Assembly (NCBI RefSeq): GCF_009834535.1
Contig: NC_045696.1
Location: 4,652,001 to 4,716,000, forward strand
Direction of reading: 5' to 3'
DNA: 64,000 nt
Source: Camelus ferus
Taxonomy: Eukaryota
Shown: piece by piece, positions 11,016 to 24,927 of the stretch
Position numbering within the stretch: position 1 is the first letter of the stretch
Layout: every line of letters starts with the position of its first letter
The notes under the pieces: model-generated
The model's database searches: none
Told to the model about the DNA's origin: nothing
What the model saw: the letters and a program-made list of their open reading frames with translations, nothing else
Position numbers and translations under genes: made by a program

Positions 11016-14000
11016 TAAAACAGCCATTGAAAATTGTACTTCTCAAAATGAATCACTTTGAAATAGACTTAAAATTCTGACTTTCTAAGTTTTATTTCAA
11101 TATCAAATATTTAAAATGCATTTTGATGCAAATAATATGTTGTATATCTGGGAATGTTTATTGGTAGTTTCTATATATATGGTACACACATAGATGGATA
11201 GACAGATAGATAGATGTAGATAGATAGAAATGTCCTTAAATCAATATTTCTTGACCTTTTTTGGATCAGGAATGTGCTGAGGAGGTAATGAATGGAACAG
11301 TGGGTCCCCAGAAAAACACATTAGTCCTCAAACCTGCATTAATTCCAAACCTTTTCCCTTCCCTTCAGCCTTGCCACCCAGTTCTTATACCCTCCTAACC
11401 CCACTGTTACTTCCCCTAACCTAGGTTCACTGGGTATTCACACCACGTTAGACTTTGTGATAGAGATGTTGGGTAGTGTCTCTCTTTCTCTCTCTCTCTT
11501 TTTGAACTAAGTTTTATATTAAAACTTTCAGCCTCGCCCTTATTCTCGTCTCTCATTTGTCCTTGCTTCCTTTGCTCCATCTGTTATGCACACATGTTTT
11601 CCTCCTTTGGTGCTCATTGCATCATACCAGTAACTTTCACTACAATTGTTCTTGTACCAGGAAAAGTGAGGGGTTTTTATAAAAAGCCTTCATCAAGTTA
11701 TTTTCAAACTGCAGATGATATTAAGAAAGAAAGGCCATCCTGAGTTCCCCCTCCCTAATTAGATGGTGACATTTTTAGTTCTTGGCATTGTTATCTGCTT
11801 GCTTTGAAACCCTATCATTGAAAAAAGCCCAGTGAACTCGGAACCATTTCCCAAAAGGGAACGCAGCCAGGCTCCAGCCCTCCGCGGAAAGCCAGAGCGC
11901 ACACACTCTGGATGCATGTGACATTTCTACAGCTCTGACTTCCAAGTAATGTTTGGTAAAAAATTATTCTAGAATTCAGGCTCTTTAAAAAAATTTTTTT
12001 TATATTGTAAGTTCTTACCATGAATAACCAGTATATTTCAGCCTTGCAGATAATTTTTAAGTTATCCACAGAATTTATTCAGGGTACATAAACTTTGCAT
12101 TGTCATTATTTTCTAGCAGTCTGTTGTCCCAGTTATTCCCTCTTCTGCTAAATTCTCCTCTATCTCTTGCCATTCAATGAAGAAAAAATATACCAATGTA
12201 TATATCAGTCATTTCTTCTTCTGCTAAATTCTGCACCATCTCATCACTAAGTGAAGAAAATCTAAACATCCCATTTCTGGTTCTGCCTTCAGTGATTCTG
12301 CAGTGAAGGTTTCCATGAAACTCTGAAGTTGATTTTACATGTGAGACACACAGAACCTCTGGTTTTTTTGAGGCCTGATGAATGATCTTTAACTGGACTG
12401 CTTACATGATTTATTAATGTCCTGAACACATGAATCCAGGTTTATTTCCCTGAATCTCTTGATCTTATTTACTGGGTTTGATTTGTTGAAACAAAAGATA
12501 AATACATATGTGTTCCTCTCTTCCTTTATCCAAAATTATCAAAATGTTTATTTTAAATACCTTTAATTGAGATTAAAAAACACTTTGTAGATAGTAAGTA
12601 CATGCATAGTTATTAATCTTTTAAAGAAAAATAATTAAACCGGAAAAAAACACATTTCATGTATTTAAAAAATATATATTTATTGCACATTCATCACTGA
12701 TAATCTCAAATCTTACAGCTGTTTGCTGTACATGGGAAGAAAATGCATCCAAAGTTGCTTTCATTTTAAATTCAGGATTTAAGATTAAGCTTTTCGCTAA
12801 TAGTGGCTATTGGTTTATAGATTTTTATGTATAGCGTTGTGAAATAGTTATTCAGAAATAGAACAGGAAGGCCTGCAGACACATGATTTAGGATATTTCT
12901 CTTTTGGAGGGCCCATTAAATTGAGGCAGAATGAATGTCAGATATTTTAGACCCAATGTGTAAAAGCTTCAGTAAAAGTCTTTGTGTTTGTCAGGTTATT
13001 ACACAGGATGCAAAATCCAGTCTTATGGAGAAGCATAGTTGCTTATTAATAACTATCATATGGGACCAGCATTTAAAGACTGGTGGAAAAACAGCAATTT
13101 AGAATGCACTTTTAAATAAATTTGGAGTATCTATCCTTAGTCTCAGATCCTTTTTTCAAAGAATTAGGTGAGACAGAAACTGTAAATTAAGCACAATTAT
13201 CTGAACTCAGTTATGGAAGTGAAAATGATTGGAGTGGGTGTCCTATAAGAGGGACCACGTATCAGATGGAAATGAAAGAAAAACTAAAGGAAGAAAGAAA
13301 AAGCAAATAGGCCATACATATACATTTCATTCTGTGTACCCTTATTCTCTCTGACGGCTGCATGATTAATTCAAAGATTTATTGATTTTCTTCTCCACTC
13401 TAGCCTGCTGACCTGCTTTTGTTGGCAGGTTTGTGTGGATCAGACAGCTCTGACAGTCATACGTGTGCTACCGTATTGGTGCCCGTGGTCTGGAACAAAT
13501 ATTTTATACCTAGTCCTCATCAACAGTAACTGAACATAAGAGACAGATTCATTAGCACACATTCCCAGGCCATGAAATGAATTCAGAGATGCCAGCCTAA
13601 GATCAGAAGCGGCTGGAATTAATTTGTTTTAACAAATGTGAATTTGTGTGTATGTGTGTTTATGTATGTATAAATGTTGACCATGGAAGTTGTGGCTTTT
13701 TTTATTCTTGGTAACAGTCATTCACCAATATGTAGTTCTTTAAAAATGCCTTTATGATATCTGTGATTTGCTCCAAATTGCTCCAGTGTGTGGGGGTGGG
13801 GCACAGCAAGACTCGACCGTTGTTGAAAGGGATGGTGGGTACATGGAGGTTCATTGTACTCATTTTTGTCTTTATGTATGTTTAAAATGTTCTATAATGA
13901 AAACTTGAGGAAAGTACACCTGGATAACAAGAGTTTTTAGCTGAACCTTCAGAGTACATGGTTAAACACGCACAGTTGGCACACCATCAAGCCAGGAATA

Positions 14001-14809
14001 GGCAGATTATGAATGTCATAGTTTAAAAATTAATGCTACATTAAGTGAAGTGTTGTTTTCCTGCTGGTTATGAGCTCTGAAATTCTGGGGCAAGACTAGG
14101 ACCATAGGAAAATGTCCTTTAAATGAATGATGCTTTTCCAAGCGTGTTCCCTGCAGGTTCATAAAATGGGGTATTTCCAGCATTTCTCCTGCTGTGTCCA
14201 TGGAGAGGCTAAGATTAGGATAGGAAAAAGATCATGTGGATTCTGAGTTCAAAAATTTTTAGGAAATAATATATTAAACAATAGCAACACAGTTCTTTAT
14301 GATGGGACTGTGCACCACAAATCCTGGATGATTGTGGCAATTTTAATTTTTATTTACTTTTATCCATTTAGATAACCCATGATAATCCTTTCCAACTTGG
14401 AAGATACTACTTTAGAATTTAAGGCAACCAAAGGTGATTTATATAAAAGTAGTGTTCTTTGAAGCCTTAGATACAATGATTAAAGATTAAGTCTGAGCTA
14501 GATGTTTTCATAGGAACAGACATCACTTTTGGGTAGGACAAATCTGAAAATTCTATTTCTAGAATCTAGTTTATGATGTTTTAGGTTTTATTGGATTCAG
14601 ATTCTATTTTGTACCTTTCTGGCATTATTTTTATTCATACTACTGTAAAGCAAGGTACCAGTATGGTCAGGTCCAGAATGGCCAAGTATGGAGTCGAGAG
14701 GAAAAGGTCTATGGTGATGCTGGGATGTAACAGCAAAAAGGGACTCAGCCCTGTGTGGGTCCTCAGGGTGGGCAAAGACCCCCTAAGGGGGATGAGCTTG
14801 GAGACGTAG

Positions 14810-15180
14810 GGCTGAGAGGTAGGCAGGTCAGAAAATGGGAGGCCTTCTCAGGCCAGTCAAAGAGCTTGTAGGGACAATGGAAAACTGTTGAAATCTGGGC
14901 AGGCGGACAATGTGACCATGGTTACTGAATTAGAGAACAGTTGTGAGTGGGGAGCAAATGTATTATTGAATGAGTGATTACAAGAGACACTGGAGCATTA
15001 ACTGGAGTAGCAGATATGGGGGCAGAGGAAAGAGGACAGATTTAGGAAATGTTTGGGGAAGATTTGGTACATTGGCTGATAGATTGGCTGTGAGGGGTGA
15101 AAGAGAGACGACCATCAAGGACAACTGAGATTTTTGCTTTAAGGAACTTAGTGAATGGTGGTACTGTTAACAGGTGGCGA
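14810..15180 (-). mobile_element. L2 LINE fragment, highly diverged
   Basis: Purine-rich antisense L2-like blocks (GATAGATTGGCTGTGAGGGGTGAAAGAGAG..TCAAGGACAACTGAGATTTTTG..GAATGGTGGTACTGTT). Confidence 0.6.
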
Positions 15181-16348
15181 AACATTATTTATTAATCAGA
15201 AATTTATCAGAAATATCTTTAATAATAGGCAAAGCCCTTTAGGGACTCTCTTCTTGGTGGGGGTAGGAGAGGAGTCCTTTTAGCCCCTAAAGCACACCAA
15301 AAGTGTCTTTCTGAATGTGGCTTTGCCAATACTTTCACAGGACCCTTATTCCTGCCTCCTACCTATGCTCAAACTGTTTTCTTTGTTCTGCTTGATTGTG
15401 GGCTTGATCCGACTTCCTCTGATTCATCCTCACCACTGACTTCAGTACATTCTCTTGACTGGTTTCAGATTCATCCAAATAAAGGAAAGTGATTGGTTTA
15501 GGCATTTGGGGCAAAAAGGGAGATGGTGGCCCCTCTTCTCAATCACCCCACTCTGAAAACTCTGGATACCACAGTTGACAGTCATTATTATTTCACTGTT
15601 TCATTTGCTTAATTTATTTAAACTAACTGTAAAAACACTGAGAACACTTCCTGCTCTTTGTCTAAATGTAGTTTCTCGAAGGGCTATCTTATATTTTCCT
15701 TACTCTTCTGTGTTCAATTTCCATAGAGCTTCCAAGTGGTCTAACTTTTTAATTCATTTTTATAAGTTTCAACTGTTTCTACTTTGCCTATAGTCATCCC
15801 TTTCCTTATTCTTATTTAGTGTGTGGAGATTTCTTTTTTTATCCACTTGGCTACACTAAGGTTTTTCTTTTTTAGAAGACATTCTTTTAACCTCTCCGTA
15901 TGTCTCACAATTTCCAACCTTTGGTTCATTTTCTTTGCTCACTGTGATCTCTCTCCAATTTTCCTCCATTAAAATCAGTGCATACATTTCCTTCCAAAAT
16001 ACTTTCAAGAAAGTAAATGTGATCAAAGACTATAATTGAGTTTCTTTGGAGAAACTTCATATGCTCATGGATGTGAAGCAGATCCTTTTCAGCTTGTTTC
16101 ACTCTCTGCATTGCTGAGCAATGCTCTTAAGTTCTTCTTAGCTCTACCTTCAAGCAGAATGTGTTTTCTTATAATGGAATGTTAATATTATTTGGTGGAG
16201 GTGGACTAATTTCTTCTGTACAAGTTACCTGAAAAATTTGTATTTGACTTGTCTTTTCTTTTATTGTTCAGATTGCGTTTTGGGTAGGAATGCTCAGTCA
16301 CCTTTGCAAAAGCAACTGGAGATTAATTAAAAAAAATAAGTTGTTGAG

Positions 16349-16774
16349 TTATATTCACTGGTTTGTTGTATTTTTTAGATTCCACATATAAGTGATATCA
16401 AATAGTATTTGTCTTTCTCTGTCTGACTTATTTCACTTAGTATAATGCCCTCCAGTACTGTCTATGTTGATGCAAATGGCAAAATTTCATCCATTTTTTA
16501 CAGCTGAGTAGTATTCCATTGTGTATATATACCACAATTTTTTTATCCATTCATCTGTTGATTGACACTTATGACATAGATACAGAGAACAAACTAGTGG
16601 TTACCAGTGGGTAAGGGAGGGAAGGGTAACACAGGGGTGGTGGCGTGGGAGGTATAAAATATTGGGTGTAAGATAGGCTACAAGGTTGTATTGTATGACA
16701 CAGGAACAATAGCCAATATTTTGTAATAATTGTAAATGGAGCATAACCTTTAGAAATTGTATAAAATAAAAAAT
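16349..16774 (+). mobile_element. 5'-inverted (twin-primed) truncated LINE-1
   Basis: 16349-16571 is antisense L1 ORF2-end/3'UTR; 16572-16774 is sense 3'UTR plus A-tail; flanked by a 15/17-identical TSD AAAAATA(AG/CA)TTGTTGAG at 16332-16348 and 16775-16791. Confidence 0.88.
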
Positions 16775-16788
16775 AAAAATACATTGTT

Positions 16789-17290
16789 GAGATATTTGTA
16801 CACCCATGTTCACAGTAGCATTATTCACAATAGGCAAAAGGTGGAAGCAACCCATGTGTCCATCAACCAATGACTGGATAAACAGAATGTGGTATATCCA
16901 TGCAAGAGAATACTATTCAGCCTTAGAAAGAAAGAAAATTCTGACACATGTTGCAACATGAACTTTCAGGACACTACGCTGAGTGAAATAGGCCAGTCAC
17001 AGAGAGATAAATACTGCATGATTTCACTTTTATGAGGTATCTAGTATAGCCAAATTCAGAAACACATAAAATATAATGGTGGCTACTAGGGACTGGAGTG
17101 GGGGAGGGGAGGAGGGAAATTGGGAATTGTTGCTTAATGTGTACAGAGTTTCGGTTTTGCAAGATGAAAAAGTTCAGGAGATTGGATGCACGATAATGGA
17201 AATATACTTAAAACTACTGACCTTTACTCTTGAAAATGTTTAATATGGTTGAATTTTATATCTATTTCACCCCAATTAAACGTTAAATAA
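16789..17290 (+). mobile_element. Older LINE-1 3' end, L1MB-like
   Basis: GATATTTGTACACCCATGTTCACAGTAGCATTATTCACAATAG..GGTGGAAGCAACCCA and 3'UTR TACAGAGTTTCGGTTTTGCAAGATGAAAAAGTTC typical of L1MB. Confidence 0.88.
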
Positions 17291-18283
17291 ATGATTGCAC
17301 CCTTCCCCTTTAAATAACTTCATGGGAAAGTTGATTTTATTCATAAACACCTGGATGAATTGATTAAATAGTATAGCATGTGTAACATTGTATTTTACCA
17401 ACAGCTTCAAAAATCATAAGTATTACTATTTCCTAGTATTTTTTAAAATGTGGTTGATGACATTGAATTTGGATTTTTAATAAATTATAGCTATAAATAG
17501 ACTTGAAAATTGTGATACTGTTCAGGGAAAATATGATAGTAATGTTACTAGTCTTTATTTTCTTTAACACTATGGTTGACTGAGTGATACACAACTGGTA
17601 CATAAACTACAAGAAAGCAAGGATTTGGATCTGTTGTGTTACTGTCTAGAATAGCCACTGGCACATAGTATAAACTCAGTGTATGTTTAATGACTGCATG
17701 TCAAAGGTATCCAGGTACTAAATACCACTTGATCATGTGGTCTGAGAAGCGTAGACTCCTCAACCAGGCACACGGTGCTTTCTAGATATTGGGGCCTTCC
17801 TTTTGTTTGTTTATTGCAACATTACTTATCAGTGAGCTTTTAGTTGCTAGGTATTTTGTATCTCGGCTTAAATAATTTAAGCAGATCATTTGGATGAAAA
17901 CTCTGAAAAATAGAGGGGCGGAGAGATTGGTCCACTGTCTCAAAAATAAATAACAGGTCTCCCAACAGAGGACACTAAATTAGTCAATATATATTTAGTG
18001 AACACCTGCTCTGTGCAAACCCCTGTCTACCACACCGCCTCATCTTAGTCCCAAATTTTGTATTTTAATTTTATTTTTTCCCATTCACAGTCTCTTGGTG
18101 GATTTTCCTAAGAAAAAAATGTAGGGTCCTTTGGCATTTCCAGTTGATCTGGAGAGATCTACATCTTACATTCAAGTTGTTATACACAGGTGTTAGTTTC
18201 TGAAAATGATGTGATAGGCAGCCTCCTGTAATACAACTTATTAATTCAACAGATATAAAGTTTTATTTTCTAATCATCTAGAA

Positions 18284-18617
18284 CAGTGTTTCCTAAACTG
18301 CATTGTGCACATGAATCACTCCGGTGGGTTTTGGTAAAACAGGTTTTGATTCCGTAGTTCAGGGCAGGGCCTGAGACTCAGCATTTCTGATGAGCTCCCA
18401 GGTCTTACCAAATATGCTGGTCCATAGGCTGCACTGTGGGTGGCAAGGCTATAGATTCTCAGCCCTGCCTGTACCTTGTAACCTCCTGGGTGGAGTTTTA
18501 TAAATACTGATGCCCTGTTCTTAGGGGTTCACTTAAATTGGTCTAGGCTTGGCCCCAACATCTGTATTTGTAAAAACAAATGAGTTTAATGTGCTACCAG
18601 CACTGAAGGTCACAGCC
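18284..18617. mobile_element. Two adjacent MER5-family (hAT-Charlie) relics
   Basis: CAGTGTTTCCTAAACT start, GGGCCTGAGACTCAGCATTTCTGATGAGCTCCCAGGT; second degenerate copy from ~18450. Confidence 0.7.
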
Positions 18618-19204
18618 CTGGGCAAACACAATTGTCACTTGTCTGTCACCATGTAACTGCATCCACTGCTGCGATTTGGTGAATTTCAGTGTCTTTTAAG
18701 GGTGCAAGGAAGGCTGGAGAAATTGTCCAAAGACAGCACCCAGCACAGGGACTAGTGTTCTGAAATATGTTGGTTGGGCTAGTGAGTGTTAATTTCTAGA
18801 CATTGTAGATTACGGCGGTGGTCCAGTGCTGCAGCCTTAGCATATCAGTATCCCTAAACATGCCGGCAGTTGGACGATGGTGTTCATGGAGGGAGATAGG
18901 GGCCTTGTACTCCCAGGTGAAAATTGGGAGAGGCATTGGAAAGAAGGTGGTGGAAGAGTAAGTTAATGTCTATGATGGATAGATAATGAATGGGTGGGTA
19001 GAATGATAGACAGCCATGCTTCAAGGACAAAGGGACAGGAAAACTCACTGAGGACTTTCCTTTTCTTGTAAAAGGAACCATTTCAAATGGAGGCGTGGCT
19101 GCCCTGAGGGTGTGCAGAAGGAGCCACTGTGCAAGCAGGGAGAGGAAGAGCTGGTGAGGTTTGATGGGGGTGTCCAGGTCATTGCAAGGCAACGTCACAC
19201 AGGG

Positions 19205-19418
19205 GCTGAGAGCATGGCCACCTGGGATTCAGGCTCTGTCATATCCTTACTGTGTGATCTTGGGCAAGTTACTTAGCCCCTCTGCACCTTGGTTTCTTCT
19301 TCTGGAAAATGATGATGATGATACAGCCCTTTTATAGGGTTGTTTTAAGGATTACGTAAGATATTGCAGGGGAAGTCCTCATATCAGGGCTTGGCACGCA
19401 TGGCGTGTGAGTATTACC
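19205..19418 (+). mobile_element. MIR SINE
   Basis: TGTGTGATCTTGGGCAAGTTACTTAGCCCCTCTGCACCTTGGTTTCTTC..TATAGGGTTGTT core. Confidence 0.88.
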
Positions 19419-21321
19419 ATCCTCCCAATTACAGTTCTTTACTGTGGCTGACCATGGTCAGTATGTGGGTGAAGGGACAGGGGCAGGAGGAAAGCTTCTT
19501 GCCTGGCATTTTCGAGGTGCAGTTGGTCTCGTCAGGTCACTGTTAGTTGATTGAAGGTCCCGACTGAGAAGAGGCAGTGGTCGCAGGCTGGTCCTCAGGC
19601 AGGTGTGAAGCAGGGGCCATGTCTGCCAAATGGAAGCTGGGGGAACACTGAGGCCGACGCTGCACCTAACTCACCTTTGGGCCAAAGGGACAGGTGACAA
19701 AAGATATTCAGGGGAGGCTATGGCAGGTGTCTAACCATCATTCTGAAATCTCCTCATCCAAGTCTTTACAACCAACATGATGGTCATGTCTTTCAGAGAG
19801 AACAGGCTGCATATGAGTCGCTGTTCATTCGTTGGTTTATTCCAGGAGTGTTTGTTGGGCACAGCCATGAGCCCAGCATTGTGTGGATGAAGTGCAGGGG
19901 GTGGGGGGTGAGCAGTAGTGTTGGGCTCCTGTCCTCATTGGCTATGGTCCTGGGGAAACCTCAGCTAACCATGCAAATAACTCCCTGGTTATGCTCATGA
20001 GACACACTGGAGATGGGAAGAGGGGTGGGACTTGTCAGAAGGTACCTCAGACACCTGGCCTTGAGGAGTTCGGGGATGTGTTCATGATGGGCAGTGCTTT
20101 AGATCAGAGAGTGATGAGGTGGGGCAGGGTCACTTTGGGCAGGGGAACCACATGAGAGGACCCAGAGGTGGGGAGATGCTGGGGCAAGAGCTGACAGAGG
20201 CCGGAAGCCTGTCCGCCTCGGAATGAAAGCCCCTAAAAGTAGGTCCTTTGTCGTGTCCAGTGCATCCCCCAAAGTTAAAACAGTGCCTGGTGCATAGTAG
20301 GCACTCCCTATCCATGGGACACGGGATGGTGGTTTCTGGTATGGCCAAAGTTTCAATGATAAAACAACATAAAAGACACCTCCATTCACAAGTCAAATAC
20401 ATAGAATGAGTTTGCAGTGAGGTTCTGGGCACAATTGACTGACTTTGGCTAGTTGGTTGGTTAGGTCACCTATTTTGGGTCCTGGAGCCTGAAAAGCAGC
20501 AGGGAGGGGTAGACAGGGGCTGAAAGGAAGGGTGAGGACTTTGCTCTGTCAGCCTGCTTGCAGCCTCTGTGTTGTTCTTTAATTACCTTTGTCACCCCTC
20601 AGGACATTTCATGGGCATTCATTCTTCAGTGTGTGGTGGGTGCTACCCCAGTGATGGTGAAAAGAGGCACTCCCCAGAAGGCTTATGTTGCCAGGAGCAG
20701 GGCTCTCCTCTCTCAAGACGGCTGCTGCTCTGTCCCCTGCGAGGCTAACACTGGTGATTTCCATCCATGTCTCTGGAGGCAGGATTACAGTCCAAGGAAT
20801 CTGCATCTCCATCTTTGTGGAAACGGGTAGGAACCTGCCTCCTCCATGACTAATGATGCAGGGAGGCAAACTCATGCAAAAAAAAACCACATCTTGATGG
20901 CAATGACAGCATACACGGAGAGTGACCAGATCTTTACAAACATGGCAAGAAAACCTGGGAGTCTGAGTGGAAGGACCCACCTTACTCCTCTGTAAAAGTA
21001 CAGATTTCTTAGACTTCACAGCTGGTTCTCTGCAAATGTGATGGACTACAGAGGGCATCTCAGCCTGTGAGAAGAGTCTGCTTCTGTTATCTCAGGCCAT
21101 GGGCAAGAGGGTATTTGCAGATCGGGACAGACACTTAAGGAGGGGAACTCAGGCTGTGTGAACATGAATGTGTAATTTGTGCATACATGGTAGCCTGCTG
21201 ATATCTGGGCAGATTGGCATCTGAATACGTATTTGCCAGCATGTCATTAACTTATACTTCAGAAGTAGTGGGTTTTATTTATTTTGCAGCAGTAAGCTGA
21301 GTTTAGGATTTGGGCAATCAT

Positions 21322-21775
21322 TTGAATTAGTCAGGACTCTTTGATGACCAATGAGAAGCAGGAATCAAAAAAAGATGTTATTGGCTCACATGACTAAAAA
21401 TTCCAGGAGTGACCAACTTCAGGCCTAGCTGGATCAAGGTGTTTAGACAATCTCTGATAAGAGCACATCTCACTCTTGTTGTTAGTCTCGCTGTACTGAG
21501 ATTTCCTGGCCCCTTGGCAGGCTGAGTGCAGCACACTTCTCACTGCCAGTAGCAGCTCAGCACCAGAGGGAAAGAGTTCTCTTCCTCCATGGTCACTGGG
21601 ATGCGCTCATGTCACATACCCGTCTATGAACCACTCACTCTGTCTAGGGATGTGGCCACAGTGACCTTGGTCCCATGCCAAAGATGGATGATTCCTCCCA
21701 GGAAAACCCAGGTGTTCTTATCTTAGAGGGAGAAATGGGTGCTCTGAGACAAAAATGACAGATATCCATCAACTA
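21322..21775 (-). mobile_element. Old MaLR LTR, MLT1J/K/L-like
   Basis: TTAGTCAGGACTCTTTG, TTATTGGCTCACATGACT and CTTCAGGCCTAGCTGGATCAAGG blocks; GTCACATACCC..TGAACCACTCACT. Confidence 0.65.
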
Positions 21776-21881
21776 GCATTTAAGGGGTGGGAGGAGAGTG
21801 TCGGCCTTGTGGACAACTCCACGTGGTGAAGAACTGACCTGAGCCTGGTGGGGTGGCCCTGGGCACTCATGCCGATGGGAC

Positions 21882-21882
<1 letters not shown>

Positions 21883-21923
<41 letters not shown>
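21883..21923. repeat. (CA)n microsatellite
   Basis: Perfect AC run of ~20 units. Confidence 0.97.
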
Positions 21924-21926
<3 letters not shown>

Positions 21927-23819
21927 TTACTTACAAATAAAGGAAGCCCCTGTGGATTTCCAGAGCCCCTCTAGGACTTCTGATGAGCATCTCAGCACTC
22001 ACCCCTTTGTTTTTTTCTATTTATTTCCATTTCTACTAAGTGCCTTGGAAGGGAGCTAACCAAACGCAATGGTATATTTTGAGGAAAGTAGAGCCTGGAG
22101 AGGCCTGTACCTGACATCTCTCCATACATGCACTTGGAGGTAAGATTTGGGGCTGGAATTCACTTTGGACCAAACTGCAACACTTTGTTTGCTCTCAAAT
22201 TCAAATATACCACTTTCAAGATAAAATACAGAGCTCACTATGTTAAAAAAAAAACCCCACATATTTAGATGGACATACCTGTCAGGATAATAATTTTGAT
22301 AGATTATAAATAAAGAGGAAAAATCTATAGAACTGAAAAAAGATAGCCAGGATTATATCTTTCAAAGAAGAAATATTATCAGCAAACTTCTTTTAGACAT
22401 TTGTTTCTTATATAATTGCTGATGCTCATAAACCAGTGCTTTTTTTCCCTTTACAAAAAAATTTTAACCACTGAATGTCCTCAATCTTTTTGCTTTTAGG
22501 GCATCTTTGTAACACCATGTGCTAATCCCCATGCTCTAATCCTATGTGTACAGTAGTGGATTGAAAAAAAAAAAGAACATCTGGATAGGAATATTGTAAG
22601 TAATGAAAAATTCCAATTTTACAGTTTTAGTTTTTCAAATATTAATTTACTATATTCTTTGCAGTTATTTGTCAGCTAAGGAACTTTTGCTCAAAGTAAG
22701 AGTCCTGTTCTGGAAAATGGAGTTAAGCATCTCTCTGTTTTCATGTTGCCTTCGTCCCTTTGGGCACATCTGAAGCAGAGATTCTACTTACAACAGATGT
22801 CTTTTAGTCTCCCGTCCTTCCTGCACGGCCTGATAACACCCCAATGTTTCAGTATAGTTTGAGGAAATATCCATTTTGTTAGAGAAATCTGTCAGTATTT
22901 ATTTTATCAGTCTAAATTCCACTAAAAGCAAATAAACAAATCAGCACAATTCTCATCTATACTAAGAAAAGTCAGTTTGTTTTCTAGTCCTAAAAAGAGG
23001 CAAAAAAGAATATGTTTTAAAATTTTAATTATAAAACTTTTCAAGCAGGGATTTTTCTCTGTTTTTTCCCTCATCTTATTCTGTGTCTGGCACAGTAGGT
23101 ATTCAAGGAGAATTATTTTTGCTGAAATGATGTTGAATGGATAAATGTATTTTAAATAAACAGAAAAAGACAGAGAATAATGAAATAGGCACTTAAATCT
23201 AACATAGAGACAGATGTTTATACCTTGCTACATTTTATTCATTTTTTCATAAATAATAACGTTGGAAAGAACTAAAGTCCCACTCATATTTTCTGTTCAT
23301 ATTTTGATACCTTGACAACCTATTTATGAGTCCATAAAGCAGAGAAGCTATTACTTGGTGGATTTTAAGATGTATGTACATGATATCATGCATGTTAAGA
23401 TTTACCTTTAGGTTTCTTTTAAATCATTTCTCCATATTCTCTCTGTTTTTCTACAGAAACTGTGCACCAAAATATTCTGCTTTCTGAAACCTCAAGGTCT
23501 GGGGTTGGTGAACTTAGGGGTTGCAAATGTAATCAGGGTCCAGAAGTGGCTGTCCTTGGGCTCAAACTAAACTGAGTTATGAAATTAACCTGGAGAGGAG
23601 AGAGGATGATGTCAGATTTTAATGTGATAGCAGTGCCTTGGGTTCTCCTTGCAATAGAGCAAGCTGATTTTTTTTTTTATCAATTATTGAGATATATGTT
23701 CCTTTTCCCATCAAGTTTCTGACATTGCTGGTTTGGCTTTGAGCACAAGTTGTTTTCTGCTTGCTTTGATTGTCAAGGACATTTCATGACAGAGGGATTT
23801 TCTGGGTCAGCAAACACTA

Positions 23820-24124
23820 CATACTCTCAGCCCTGTCCGAACCTTGGGAGCCAAATGTGTTTCAGAATTTCTTATATTTTAGACAGGTGAACCTGTGCAC
23901 ATTCTGAATGTTTCCTACACCCCCCAATGGAGCATGGAACAATATTGCTTCAATATTTCTGCAGCAGAACTTTGAAATTTTCATTCTGAGTGGGATAAAC
24001 AAGGACTAAACAGAGTTTTCTGTTCATCTGGGCCAGGTTTTACCGGCAAGTGCATCATAAACACACTTTTTCAGTTTTAACATATTTTTCAATTTGGGGA
24101 TTGCAGATAGAGATTGTGGATTTG
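23820..24124 (-). mobile_element. MER46C-like Tigger DNA transposon relic
   Basis: CCTTGGGAGCCAAATGTGTTTCAGAATT, AATATTTCTGCAGCAGAAC, AGTGGGATAAA and terminal TTGCAGATAGAGATTGTGGATTTG followed by TA. Confidence 0.78.
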
Positions 24125-24329
24125 TATTATTTTATTATTATTGTTGTTGTTGTTGTTGTTATTATTATTTATTATTGTAAATTCATACACTTTCTTGCCG
24201 GTTGACGGCATCATCTCCTGCTTTTCAGCCTGACTCAGACCCTTCCTTTCTCCCTTCTTTCCTCCCTCCCTCCATCCCCTCCTTCCTCTCTTCCTGTCTT
24301 TGGTTATTTCATTAGGATTTGGAGAGAGG

Positions 24330-24560
24330 CAGCACTGAATGGTCTTTAAAGACTCAGGTTTTGAAGTCAAACAGATCTGTGGCCACATTCTGTTTCTGCT
24401 GCTCTCTGCCTGCTTTACTATTGTTCCATGTCACTCCTGGGGCTTGTTTCCTGAGATATTTATCACATCTACCTCCTCCTTGGGGGTGTTGTGAAGACAC
24501 AATGAGATGATGGGTATGAAAATGCTGACCGTGGCTCCCAGCCCATAACTAGCAGTCAGT
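24330..24560 (+). mobile_element. MIR SINE, diverged
   Basis: GAGGCAGCA.. start, GAAGTCAAACAGATCTG, ACCTCCT..GGGTGTTGTGAAGA..AATGAGATGATGGGTATGAAAATGCT. Confidence 0.65.
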
Positions 24561-24879
24561 GAAGGACAAATGCTGTTTTGCTGCCTTTACCATGTCCTAC
24601 ACCCGCATGTGCTGTTCTTTTTTAAACAATGAACTTATTCGCATTTATTTGTGTATGTGTTGAAATACATTAGGTCTTTGCTTACATGTGAGTTATTTGG
24701 CTATACCTGCCTGAAAATATCATCCATTACAGTCATCTTCATCAGCCTGAGCTTTAAATGTTATCTGAGGGCATGTGGCACACAACCATGCTTTGCCACG
24801 CCAGGAGCATAAATGCTGTCTTCTGTGAGTTATAGATGGAGAGATAGATGGATACGCAGCTAGCTGGAGATGGGTAGTG

Positions 24880-24926
<47 letters not shown>
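24880..24926. repeat. (GATA)n tetranucleotide microsatellite with degenerate flanks
   Basis: Perfect GATA run of ~11 units inside a GATA/GATG-rich tract (24830-24975). Confidence 0.95.

Positions 24927-24927
<1 letters not shown>

Noticed and set aside
16108..16124. Interrupted palindrome GCATTGCT-G-AGCAATGC (MAF-site-like)
   Set aside because: Isolated, in probable degraded old LINE sequence; the length is compatible with chance in 64 kb
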